DNA from: Candidatus Omnitrophota bacterium
Lineage (GTDB): Bacteria > Omnitrophota > Gorgyraeia > Zapsychrales > Fredricksoniimonadaceae
Length of the DNA stretch: 64,000 nt
Assembly (NCBI GenBank): GCA_903944345.1
Contig: CAJARJ010000018.1
Coordinates: forward strand, 120,581 to 184,580
Direction of reading: 5' to 3'
The stretch's first letter is position 1. Each line of letters begins with the position of its first letter. Shown piece by piece: positions 48,927-58,700 of this stretch. The position numbers and the translations under genes are program-made. The notes below the pieces were generated by a model. The model saw nothing but the letters and a program-made list of their open reading frames with translations, was not told where the DNA came from and did not search any database.

Positions 48927-50029
48927 ATTTCCCCCTTGGCAGGCATTAAACAAAAATCATCCGGCAAAACACCCGTTATAAGAGCGCCCCCGAGCACAAC
49001 ATCTCCATCATAAAAAACCACCGATTGTCCGGGAGTGACCCCGTGCTGCGGCGTATGAAAAACCGCTCTGAGAGTTGCCTCTTTCCCCAAATACACAGAC
49101 GCCGGGATATCAATGCGATTATATCGTATCTTGAGGCCGGCATCGAACTTTTCTTGAGAAAAGTCCATGCCGGTCAGCCGCAGGCCTTCTGCCTCAAGTC
49201 CGCAGCACAAAAGCTTTTCCCGCGGGCCCACCCTGACCGTATTGGAAGAACTGTCCAACTGGTAGACGTACGCCGGATAACCGAGAGCAATCCCGAGGCC
49301 TTCACGCTGCCCGATGGTATAACGCGACAAGCCCGCATGCCGAGAGACCACCCTGCCGTTGTGATCAAGCATGTCACCCGGACGATCGCCTCCCGGAGAA
49401 CGAGCGGCCACTACATCGTAATATTTACCATCCGTTACAAAACAGATATCCTGGCTGTCCGGCCGTTCAGCAACCGGGAGCGCGCGTTCACGCGCCATCG
49501 CCCTAACCTGGCTTTTGGTATACGCCCCGAGTGGAAAAAGAACAAACGGCAGAGATTCCCGGCGAATACCGTAAAGAAAATAGGACTGATCCTTGCTTTC
49601 ATCCACTCCTTTGCGCAAAACCCAGCCGCGCGAAGAAGCCTCGACACGGGCATAATGCCCCGTGGCCAGGTGAGTGCCGCCTAATCCCCGAATATCCCGG
49701 AACAAACGATCAAATTTAAGAAAGGTATTACAGCGCACACAAGGATTGGGCGTGCGTCCGCGGACATATTCCTCGGCAAAATCCCTGATGACCAGCTCTT
49801 CCAGGACATCGCCGTAATTAAGCACATGATGCTCGATGCCCAGATGTCGGCAAACACTTCTGGCGGCGTCAATCGCCTCACGCCCGCAACAACTGGCCGT
49901 TCCCGGGCGAGCCGCAGAAGGCAATTCAAAACACATGGTCACGCCCGCCACCGCATACCCCTGTTCCAGCAGCAGTGCGGCTGTTAAGGAAGAATCAACC
50001 CCTCCGGACATCGCGGCAAAGACTTTCAT
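48923..50029 (-). CDS. mnmA: tRNA-specific 2-thiouridylase
   Basis: AMSGGVDSS PP-loop motif and the MnmA family pattern. Confidence 0.9.
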   Translation of the reverse strand: MKVFAAMSGGVDSSLTAALLLEQGYAVAGVTMCFELPSAARPGTASCCGREAIDAARSVCRHLGIEHHVLNYGDVLEELVIRDFAEEYVRGRTPNPCVRCNTFLKFDRLFRDIRGLGGTHLATGHYARVEASSRGWVLRKGVDESKDQSYFLYGIRRESLPFVLFPLGAYTKSQVRAMARERALPVAERPDSQDICFVTDGKYYDVVAARSPGGDRPGDMLDHNGRVVSRHAGLSRYTIGQREGLGIALGYPAYVYQLDSSSNTVRVGPREKLLCCGLEAEGLRLTGMDFSQEKFDAGLKIRYNRIDIPASVYLGKEATLRAVFHTPQHGVTPGQSVVFYDGDVVLGGALITGVLPDDFCLMPAKGEI

Positions 50030-50030
50030 A

Positions 50031-52076
50031 TCAGCACCCGCACCAGGGACGGGTCATGTCCCCGCGGACATCCTCAAGCGCACGCTCGAGCGCGCTGACC
50101 AGATGATCCAGTTCGGCCTCGGAAATTGACAACGGAGGCATGAGCACAATCACATTGCCCAAAGGACGCAGGATGACTCCGTAACGTCTGGCCTGCTCGC
50201 AAACCCTGACCCCGACCCGTTTCTGCCAGGCAAAAGGTTTCTTTGTCGCACGATCCTCGACCAGCTCAATACCGACCATAAACCCGCGCTGACGAATGTC
50301 CCCGACAAAGGGTTCATTCCGGCGCAAACGATCCAGCCGTCGCGCCAGAAACCCGATCTTGGGCCGCAGTTTTTCCAGCGTGCGTTCTTTTCGAAACAAA
50401 TCCAGGCTGGCCAATGCCGCGGCACAGGCAATGGGGTTCCCGGTAAAGGTGTGCCCGTGAAAAAAGGTTTTCATATCCTCATAAGGCCGCACAAAAGCAT
50501 CAAAAATTTTCTGTGTTGTCAGGGTTGCCGCCAGAGGCAAAACGCCTCCGGTCAGCCCCTTGGCCACACACATGAGGTCCGGACGAACATCTTCCTGCTG
50601 GCAGGCGAACATGGTCCCAGTCCGGCCAAAGCCAGTGGCCACCTCGTCACAAATCAGCAAAACATCATACTTGCGGCATAGCGCCTCAAAACGTTTCAGA
50701 ATCCCGGCAGGCCACATGATCATTCCGGCTGCTCCCTGCACAATCGGCTCCAGCACCAAAGCCGCCGTGGAAACATGGTTCTTTTTCAGAAAAGACTCAA
50801 AAACAGCCACTGCCCGCAGCGCATCCTGCGGATATTCCCCGCGGTAACAATCCGGAAAGTCCACCTGATGCGTCCGAAACGTCAGTCCGCGGTAAACCTT
50901 GTGAAATAGATCAATCCCCCCGATACTCACGCCGCCCAGAGTGTCCCCATGATACGAATTGGCCAGATGGCATATGCCGGTTTTTTTCTTCTGTCCCATA
51001 TTCTGCCAATACTGATAACTCATCTTGACCGCGACCTCGACAGCAGTAGAACCGTTATCAGAATAAAACACCTTGCTCAGCCCCTCGGGGGCAATGCCCA
51101 CAAGCTTTCCGGCCAGTTCGGCCGCCGGCGCGTTTGCCAGTCCAAGCATGGTGGAATGATCCAGCCGGGCAGCCTGCCGGGCGACCGCCTGTGTGATGGC
51201 CGGATGCCCGTGACCGTGCACCGTCACCCATAGGCTCGAAACACCATCAATATATCTGCATCCGGAAGCATCCTCCAGGTACGAACCACGCGCGCGAGAG
51301 ATAACCAGCGGAGTCCCGGAGAGCCAGTCTTTCATCTGGGTGAAAGGATGCCAGACAAAATCCTTGTCCAGCTTCTCCTGGCGGACAGCCGTGTCGGCTT
51401 TCCGGATAAATAACGGCCGCGAATCCAGATTCTTTCGACACGCCGCCAGCACGGAAAGAGGGTCTTTCTTCCTTATATAAGGGATCTCTCCCAGCAAAGG
51501 AGCCGTACCAAATTTTCTTATATCCTGCGGATTATTTTTCTCCGCCAGTCCCTTTTTCCCGGAAGCAGCATGACAAATGACCACTCCGGCGACTTCAAGT
51601 CCCCGGTTACGTGCCTCGCTAAGTGTCAGCAACGTATGATTGATGGTACCCAGCCCAGGACGCGCCACCACAATCAGCGGACAATCAAGCCTGGCAGCCA
51701 AATCAGCCATCAAAAAATTCTCCGCAAGCGGAACCAGAAGGCCTCCCGCTCCCTCCACCAGCACAATATCGTAGCGCCCAAGCAGCACATCCAGCGCCGA
51801 GATAACCCGGCCCGGATCAAAAGATATCTTCGCACGCCGAAGCGCCAGATGCGGCGATACCGGCTCCGCAGCACAAAACGGATTAAGCTCATGCAGCGAA
51901 TCCTTGAGGCCAAGCCTCCTGCGCAGAAAACCGGCATCATCTCCACCGGACTGAACCGGTTTAAGAATACCGACCGAAAGCCCCTCTTCCCGCAAAAGCA
52001 AGGCCAGCGCGTAAACCGTCATGGTTTTCCCCACCCCGGTATCCGTCGCCGTCACGAAAAACACCCTGTTATCCAT
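50031..52076 (-). CDS. bioDA: Bifunctional dethiobiotin synthetase / adenosylmethionine-8-amino-7-oxononanoate aminotransferase (BioD-BioA fusion)
   Basis: N-terminal BioD P-loop TDTGVGKT. C-terminal class III aminotransferase (BioA) with a VWHPFTQM start and a pyridoxal phosphate lysine region. Confidence 0.85.
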   Translation of the reverse strand: MDNRVFFVTATDTGVGKTMTVYALALLLREEGLSVGILKPVQSGGDDAGFLRRRLGLKDSLHELNPFCAAEPVSPHLALRRAKISFDPGRVISALDVLLGRYDIVLVEGAGGLLVPLAENFLMADLAARLDCPLIVVARPGLGTINHTLLTLSEARNRGLEVAGVVICHAASGKKGLAEKNNPQDIRKFGTAPLLGEIPYIRKKDPLSVLAACRKNLDSRPLFIRKADTAVRQEKLDKDFVWHPFTQMKDWLSGTPLVISRARGSYLEDASGCRYIDGVSSLWVTVHGHGHPAITQAVARQAARLDHSTMLGLANAPAAELAGKLVGIAPEGLSKVFYSDNGSTAVEVAVKMSYQYWQNMGQKKKTGICHLANSYHGDTLGGVSIGGIDLFHKVYRGLTFRTHQVDFPDCYRGEYPQDALRAVAVFESFLKKNHVSTAALVLEPIVQGAAGMIMWPAGILKRFEALCRKYDVLLICDEVATGFGRTGTMFACQQEDVRPDLMCVAKGLTGGVLPLAATLTTQKIFDAFVRPYEDMKTFFHGHTFTGNPIACAAALASLDLFRKERTLEKLRPKIGFLARRLDRLRRNEPFVGDIRQRGFMVGIELVEDRATKKPFAWQKRVGVRVCEQARRYGVILRPLGNVIVLMPPLSISEAELDHLVSALERALEDVRGDMTRPWCGC

Positions 52077-52914
52077 CCCACTCCTCCGTCGCTTTCTGCG
52101 CCGTAATCCATATAATCTCAAAAGTTGCAACCAGGCCATTACGCTGGGGAAACTTCTCGCGATAATACATCTCGGCCCGGCGCAAAAGCTGCGGCCCCAG
52201 AAAAAAATTACTCCTTAAAGAATTCCCGCCGACAGAACGCAGCCACCTCAATATCCCCCGCAAATCCGAAAATACAACTGTCCGCTGCTGCGCCCGGGTT
52301 TGCCAGCTGTCAAAACGGGCCTGCGAAAGAGCACTTTCGACCGTGCCCGAGGTCGGCAACCGGCCCAGTTCAAAGACATCTTTTCTGGATCCCAGCAGGG
52401 CAGCGAATTCAAGCGCTGCAAAAAACTCGCGCAAGGTGTCGTGTCCAAAGAAAGCCGCCTGAAAGACACCGCCAGGCTTGAGCACCTTGCGAACACTCCT
52501 GAAAGCCGCCGGCAAATCTTCAACCCATTGGTAAGAAGAGGCCGACACAACAGCATCAAACACATTGCGCCTGAAGGGAAGCGCTCCGGCATCAGCCTGC
52601 ACCCAGCGCAAACCCCGTGCGTCCCGGCGCCCTTGCTCGATCATACCCGAAGCCACGTCCAGCGCCACCGGGCACTGCTGGGGCCAGCGGCGATTAATGT
52701 CGGCAAGTAACGCGCCCGTCCCGGCGCCCACATCCAGAAGAAGTCCTCCGGCTGCAAGCTCCAGCCGGGAGGCAAGTTCGCGGGCAATCTCTCTCTGAAT
52801 CATGGCGGCAGCATCATAGGAGGTCGCAGCACGCGAGAAATTTCTTCGTACAATCCCTGGACGATCATCCCGATGGGGCGACTCCGGAAAACGACACCGG
52901 ACAGACTCAGACAT
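52069..52914 (-). CDS. bioC: Malonyl-ACP O-methyltransferase BioC-like
   Basis: SAM-binding motif LLDVGAGTG. Position within the bio cluster. Confidence 0.7.
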   Translation of the reverse strand: MSESVRCRFPESPHRDDRPGIVRRNFSRAATSYDAAAMIQREIARELASRLELAAGGLLLDVGAGTGALLADINRRWPQQCPVALDVASGMIEQGRRDARGLRWVQADAGALPFRRNVFDAVVSASSYQWVEDLPAAFRSVRKVLKPGGVFQAAFFGHDTLREFFAALEFAALLGSRKDVFELGRLPTSGTVESALSQARFDSWQTRAQQRTVVFSDLRGILRWLRSVGGNSLRSNFFLGPQLLRRAEMYYREKFPQRNGLVATFEIIWITAQKATEEWDG

Positions 52915-53737
52915 AACCACTCCCATTCGCAAAACCGGAAAGCACTTCTTCAAGCACCGCGTTGACCTCCCCGGAACGTGTCAAAAAAGGAAAATGTCCG
53001 CAATCCGGATAAATCCGAAACTGCGCGCCGGGCACAAGTTCCCGCAAAGCCGAATGAACGGCCAGCGGACAAAGCGGGTCACTCTCTCCCAGAAGAAAAT
53101 GCACCGGACAAAAACAGCTGCGCAGCGAATCACGCAAGTCCATGACTTCAAGAAGATCAAGAAAAGCCAGAAGAGCCTCTTTTCGCGGCAACGGTTCAGC
53201 ACGTAAAATATCACGGATACAATCATAACCGCAAGCCGAACGTTCCTGCAAAGTAAAAAGAGAACGGAAAAACATGGCCAGCACACCGCCGACATCCCGA
53301 TCAAATTGTCCGGCCAGTTTGCGAATCTTCCGTGAATCAAGCCCGGCCGGAAAATCCGGGCAAAAGGTAAATCGCGGCAAACCGCCCGCCAGAACCAGAG
53401 CCTGTGCACATTCTGGAAACAATTCCTGCAGCCTCAACGCCACCAACGCCCCCATAGAACTGGCCACAATAACTGCCCGGGAAACCCCGCACGCCCGCAT
53501 AAGTTCAGCCGTGTCCTGAGCCAGATCATCAAGCGTCGAAGGAATCCAGGCACTTGCGCCGTGTCCGGGCCAGTCAGGAGCAAGCATCCGCGCTTTGGAC
53601 GCCAACGCGGACAACTGCAAGTCCCATACTCCGGAATGTCCCGCAAAACCGTGCAGAAAGACAACCGCCCCCGGAGCCTGTCCGATATCTTGGTAACTCA
53701 TGGTTGCTCCGCGAGCAGTCCGAAAAAAGAAGCTCAT
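52907..53737 (-). CDS. bioH: Pimeloyl-ACP methyl ester esterase (BioH-like alpha/beta hydrolase)
   Basis: Alpha/beta hydrolase with nucleophile elbow SSMGA. Position within the bio cluster. Confidence 0.7.
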   Translation of the reverse strand: MSFFFRTARGATMSYQDIGQAPGAVVFLHGFAGHSGVWDLQLSALASKARMLAPDWPGHGASAWIPSTLDDLAQDTAELMRACGVSRAVIVASSMGALVALRLQELFPECAQALVLAGGLPRFTFCPDFPAGLDSRKIRKLAGQFDRDVGGVLAMFFRSLFTLQERSACGYDCIRDILRAEPLPRKEALLAFLDLLEVMDLRDSLRSCFCPVHFLLGESDPLCPLAVHSALRELVPGAQFRIYPDCGHFPFLTRSGEVNAVLEEVLSGFANGSGYV

Positions 53738-54897
53738 GCCAATTGATCCCGTACGTTGACCAGTGCTGCAACCAAGCGCACAATATCTTCCTCGAGATGC
53801 AGAGCCGTAACCGTAATGCGCAACCGCGCTGTACCTGAAGGCACTGTCGGCGGACGAATAGCCGAAATCAGAATATCCTGTTCCATCAACTTCTCGGAGA
53901 AAATTCTGGCCTTGAAAGTATCTCCGATCAACACCGGAATGACCGGAGTTACGCTCTCCATCGTGTTAAACCCTGCCCGCCGCAACTCCGTCCGCAGCCG
54001 TCCTGCCAAAAACAAAACACGAGCCCTGCGCTCAGGCTCCGCACGCATGATCCCCAACCCGGCGCGTATAGCCGCGGCAACTGCCGGAGGCAGCGCAGTA
54101 GAATAAATAAAGCTTCTGGCCCGATTAACCAGATAATCGATGAGTTCACGAGAACCCGCTACATACCCGCCACAGGCTCCGACCGCTTTGGACAAAGTCC
54201 CCATCTGGACATCCACGCGCTCGGCCACTCCGGCTTCCTGCACCATTCCCGCCCCGCCAGGCCCGAACAGTCCAAAAGCATGTGCCTCATCGACCATAAC
54301 CCAGGCACCATAACGACGGGCCAACCGCGTCAGCTCCCCGAGGGGAGCCACATCGCCATCCATGCTGAACACCGTGTCTGTCACCACCAGTTTACGGCCG
54401 TGTTTGCCGGAATTCTGCAGGCAGCGCTCCAAATCCTGCATATCCAGATGCCGATACCGCCGCATGTGCGCGCGGCTCAAGATAATACCGTCAACGATAG
54501 AGGCATGGTTAAGCCGGTCGGAAAAAACAGTATCCTCGCGGCCGCAAAGCGCGGGAATAATGCCGACATTGGCCATATAACCTGTCGAAAAAACAAGCGC
54601 GGCCTCGGTGCCCTTAAAACGAGCCAGTTCATGTTCCAGCAAAAGATGCTCTTCACTATTACCGCAAACCAGCCGCGAAGCTCCCCCGCCAAAACCGTAA
54701 CGGGCAGAAGACTCGACTGCGGCAGCGGACAGGCGCTCATCACCCGCCAGCCCCAGATAATCATTCGAACAGAAATTAAGAACCCTGCGCCCCTCCAAAA
54801 GAACTTCCCTGCCCTGACGGGAAAAAAGTGAACGCATCGAACGGTACAGTCCACCGGCCCGGGCAGCCCCCAGCTCCTGACTTAAAGTATTCTTCAT
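53734..54897 (-). CDS. bioF: 8-amino-7-oxononanoate synthase
   Basis: Pyridoxal phosphate-dependent alpha-oxoamine synthase motifs (FCSNDYLGL, pyridoxal phosphate Lys TLSKA). Confidence 0.85.
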   Translation of the reverse strand: MKNTLSQELGAARAGGLYRSMRSLFSRQGREVLLEGRRVLNFCSNDYLGLAGDERLSAAAVESSARYGFGGGASRLVCGNSEEHLLLEHELARFKGTEAALVFSTGYMANVGIIPALCGREDTVFSDRLNHASIVDGIILSRAHMRRYRHLDMQDLERCLQNSGKHGRKLVVTDTVFSMDGDVAPLGELTRLARRYGAWVMVDEAHAFGLFGPGGAGMVQEAGVAERVDVQMGTLSKAVGACGGYVAGSRELIDYLVNRARSFIYSTALPPAVAAAIRAGLGIMRAEPERRARVLFLAGRLRTELRRAGFNTMESVTPVIPVLIGDTFKARIFSEKLMEQDILISAIRPPTVPSGTARLRITVTALHLEEDIVRLVAALVNVRDQLA

Positions 54898-55790
54898 AAA
54901 TAAATTTCCCCTGCCACCCTTTTTATGACACGGCCGTCATCCAGAGCCAGCATAAGGCCGCCATCATCTGCAAGCCCCAATGCCGTTGCTGTCAGCCTTT
55001 TGCCTCCAGAGTCGAAACTTACCCGACAACCGGCAACCGCGGAGCGACGCTCCCATTCGCGTAAAACAACACTCCACCCGCAGTCTGATACAGAGAAATA
55101 TCTGCGCTCAAAAACACGCAAGAATGCCTGCAGAAGGACACTCCTGCCGCAATTGCCAACAGCCACCTCGCTTAACCCTATTGCTGTCGAGGACAGCTCT
55201 CCGGAAAGCGGGGCTATATTGAGCCCGATGCCAAGAATTACAAACTCAACACATTCTTTAGCCACTCGGGATTCCAGCAGAATACCTGCCAGTTTGCGCC
55301 CGTTGACCAGAATATCGTTAGGCCATTTGATGCGACAGTCGATACCTGCCGCGTCCTGCAAAGTTTCAGCCAACGCGACCGCAGAAAGCAAAGTCAGCAG
55401 CGGCGTCACAGTCGCCGGCCACGCGGGACGAAGAAGTAATGAAAAGTACATTCCGTTTCCGACAGGAGACACCCACGCACGCCCCAGGCGTCCACGCCCT
55501 TTGGTCTGGGCTTCAGCCGTAACCAGCGTCCCCTCGGGAGAACCAGACTCTGCCAGACGAAGCGCCTCATCCATAGTGGAAGAAAGGACGGGATGACAAT
55601 ACACCTGCCGGCCCATAATCCGGGTGTTAAGGCCGCAAATAATCCCTTCAGCCGAAAGGTTCGGGGCAACCGTGTTTGTACCCGGAGAGTCCGATGTCTG
55701 CCTGTTTATCATCCTGTCATAGTAAAGAGAGATAATTGGCTTGTCAACGGGGATCAAAGCCGAGGAAACCCAAAAGATCTTCCTGTGCAT
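54894..55790 (-). CDS. birA: Biotin--protein ligase (group I BirA, no N-terminal HTH)
   Basis: GRGRLGRAW and KWPNDIL motifs. The ATG at 55790 overlaps the upstream giant ORF by 47 nt. An alternative start is MINRQ at 55712. Confidence 0.8.
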   Translation of the reverse strand: MHRKIFWVSSALIPVDKPIISLYYDRMINRQTSDSPGTNTVAPNLSAEGIICGLNTRIMGRQVYCHPVLSSTMDEALRLAESGSPEGTLVTAEAQTKGRGRLGRAWVSPVGNGMYFSLLLRPAWPATVTPLLTLLSAVALAETLQDAAGIDCRIKWPNDILVNGRKLAGILLESRVAKECVEFVILGIGLNIAPLSGELSSTAIGLSEVAVGNCGRSVLLQAFLRVFERRYFSVSDCGWSVVLREWERRSAVAGCRVSFDSGGKRLTATALGLADDGGLMLALDDGRVIKRVAGEIYL

Positions 55791-58700
55791 GAACCGCGAT
55801 AATCACCGGCGAGAGGCCGGGCGTGTCACGTAGCGCCTTGAGCTGGGCTGAATCGATGTGAAACCGCAGAGCTCTGCCGGAGAACCCGACCTCCAGCCTG
55901 TCTGCCACAAGCCCGAGATCGACACCGCCAACAGGAGTGTCCGTTTCTGCGGCTTCGTTCGTAATCTGCACCGGGACAAAAAGATTCTCAACTATCCCGT
56001 CTTTCAAGAAAACACCATCCGGGACATTCTGCGCTGCAGCCTGGTAATTCATTTTTATCGGCTCATGCAAATGCAACGTCAGCTGCGGTTGGCGGTAAAG
56101 ACCCGCGCTTACCTTGACCAGAACCGGCGCGCCATTTTCATCCTGCATAGGCAAAGCACCGTAAGCATCAGAATACATAAAAGAAGAACGCCCGGGGAAA
56201 AGACTCAGATTAAAAGAACGCAAATCATTAAAACTGCGCATGATCTCCTGCGCCGGTCGATGCGAGGTGGTCACAAGCACGGGCAGTCCGGTCCGGAAAG
56301 AAAGGGCCTCAAACAGTCGATAAAGCCTGAGAATATCCCTTGTCCCAAACTGTTCGCTCTCCTCGATGACAATCGCCGGAAACTTTCTGCTTTCTTCCTG
56401 CACAATCATAAGCCTGACCATCCTCCGGGGCGGACTAACCTGCCCGTTCTCGTCAAGGAATGTCGCCGCCTTTACCGTTCCGTTAGAAATATACCCCGTT
56501 AGGCCGCGGTTGAGATCATTGGAATACGTGACACTCTGGCAAGCCGTTGACCCGGGATAATTGCCGATGTTCAGCAAAGCATAATAATCATCCGTAAAAG
56601 ACGCCCGCAAGCCTTCCCCCAGATCTATCTCAAGCGTTTCTTCCCAGGAACGTATCTTTTTAACCCTGGACTTAAGTTCATCGAATCCCTCGACTGCCAT
56701 CAGTTTCCTGTAAAAGCCCGCCTCGGATGTTACCCCGAAAGCCGCCTCCAGTCTGCCTTGATCTTCCGGAGCAAGCTCCCCCATAAAAATGGCCACGGCC
56801 TCGTCCAGAACCTTGAGATAATCCGGACTGGCATACTTCCATTGCCGGAACTCCCCGCGCGCTTCCGCCAGCAAGGCATCAAACATGTTGACGTAAATCT
56901 CCTCATCCTGGACACGTGACAAATACGTGCTGAGCAAATCCTTTATGCTGCGCTTCTCATGATCCAGCCATGAACTACGAGGATTATCAGGAGAAAAGTA
57001 CTCCCTTAACTCGGAAAATTCCTCCCCGCTAACCGGACGCAAGCGGCCGACCCGTTCTGCAAGAATGATCAAGTCTTTATCGGCATACATTTTTAGAAAA
57101 TCGCCGATGGCCCTGCGGTCGATCTGACCGGATCCGGCCTGCGCCAGGATATCAGCAGCCCGGGCGAACAGACCTTCACCGGAAGGATCATCAAGAGCCC
57201 GGAAAACCTTGTCAAACGCGCTTAACAATCCGGATAATTCTTCCGCCCAGGACGCCAGATTTGTTCTTGCCGGAAATCCAATTTCCGAATGCAGGAATTG
57301 CATCATCGCCGTAAAAACAGCCGTTTTTTCAGGATTCTTCTCAACGGACAATCGCGCTAGTGATTCATAAAGCCTGTTCTTGATCAACGACGATCCCGGT
57401 GCATTGTAAGCCGCCCTCATAAGAACCGCGAACAGCTGCATATCCTCCCGGGACTTTGCAAGCCGCAACAAAGGCTCAAAAAACACATGCGGTATCTGCG
57501 TCTGAACCGAAACAAGCACTCCCCCATCCTGATCAACAACTCCGGATTTGAGCTCTTCCAGCCCGGCCAGAAGTTTCGGGTCTCTTTTGGTTGCGGCCGC
57601 AAGGCTGCCGGTGACCTGTTCTTGCACGGCAACAGGCAACTGGCGCAAGAATGCAAAGCCATATTCCCGCAGGCTGTCTGCGGCTGAGAAAGAGTCCTCA
57701 TGATCTGCAGACGAGAGATCCCGGAATTTCTGAAGTCTGAGGGCCATGTCAGGATTCCCGGCATTGGCCAGGACTGTGCCAATAAACTTGCCTTTACCGT
57801 CAACCTTCGACAATGTATTCAGTTTAAATTCAATAATGGGTAATAACCCGATCTGTGCCAGACGCTCCTGCGGCAAATACCTTTCGACAGCTCTGACAAG
57901 ATTGGGCAAAGTCGCAGACTGTTTGACCCCTTCAAGGAAGCCCGGAACATCTACTGGAGCCGCAGTCCCTGCCGCCAGAAGAATGTCCCCCAGAAATACA
58001 ATCTGATCGCTGAGGACAAACAGGTTGGAAACAATAAACTCAAACTCGCGCATCAGCTGATCAATATCAAGATCTTCCCTTGCCTTAAACCTGGCCCTTA
58101 AATCTGTTCTTAATTCTTCCAGGGACTGTTTGGGATCATCCCGAATAAACGCCAGAATCCGGGACAACTCCTCAACCGATACCCAGCCCAACAAACGCTG
58201 GATGTCCTCCAGCTTGACGGCATACTGTTGCGAATCGTTATAAAAGAACTCTTCGAAAACCTTCCTGTCGGCCCCGACATCCCTTCCCTCCGAAAAAAGA
58301 AGATCAAACAGCTCGTTCTTCTGGTCTTCTCCCAGCCTTCTGATCGCAGGATGTTCCACCTTCTCACGGTTGAGTTCCCTTGCGACCCAGTTAATCTGGC
58401 CACGGAACTCCGGATCGTAGACCCGGCGGACATCCCCGCGCTCCTTAAGATAGCGGGCGACCTTGATGTTAACACCAAACAACCGCGCAATCTGGACATC
58501 CGGCAGAGCACGAATCACGCCTAAAAGCACAACCGCCGTTTCAGGATCATTGCGCACAAGAGCTTCGATAGCCTTGCCCGTCACCCCGGGGAAATGGCCC
58601 GCCAGAAACTGCAACCGGGCAAGAATTAACCCGTATGTTCTGGATGCTGATTCTGTTCCTGCAACAGATCTGGCGAGAAACTCCGTATGGAAGATATCCA

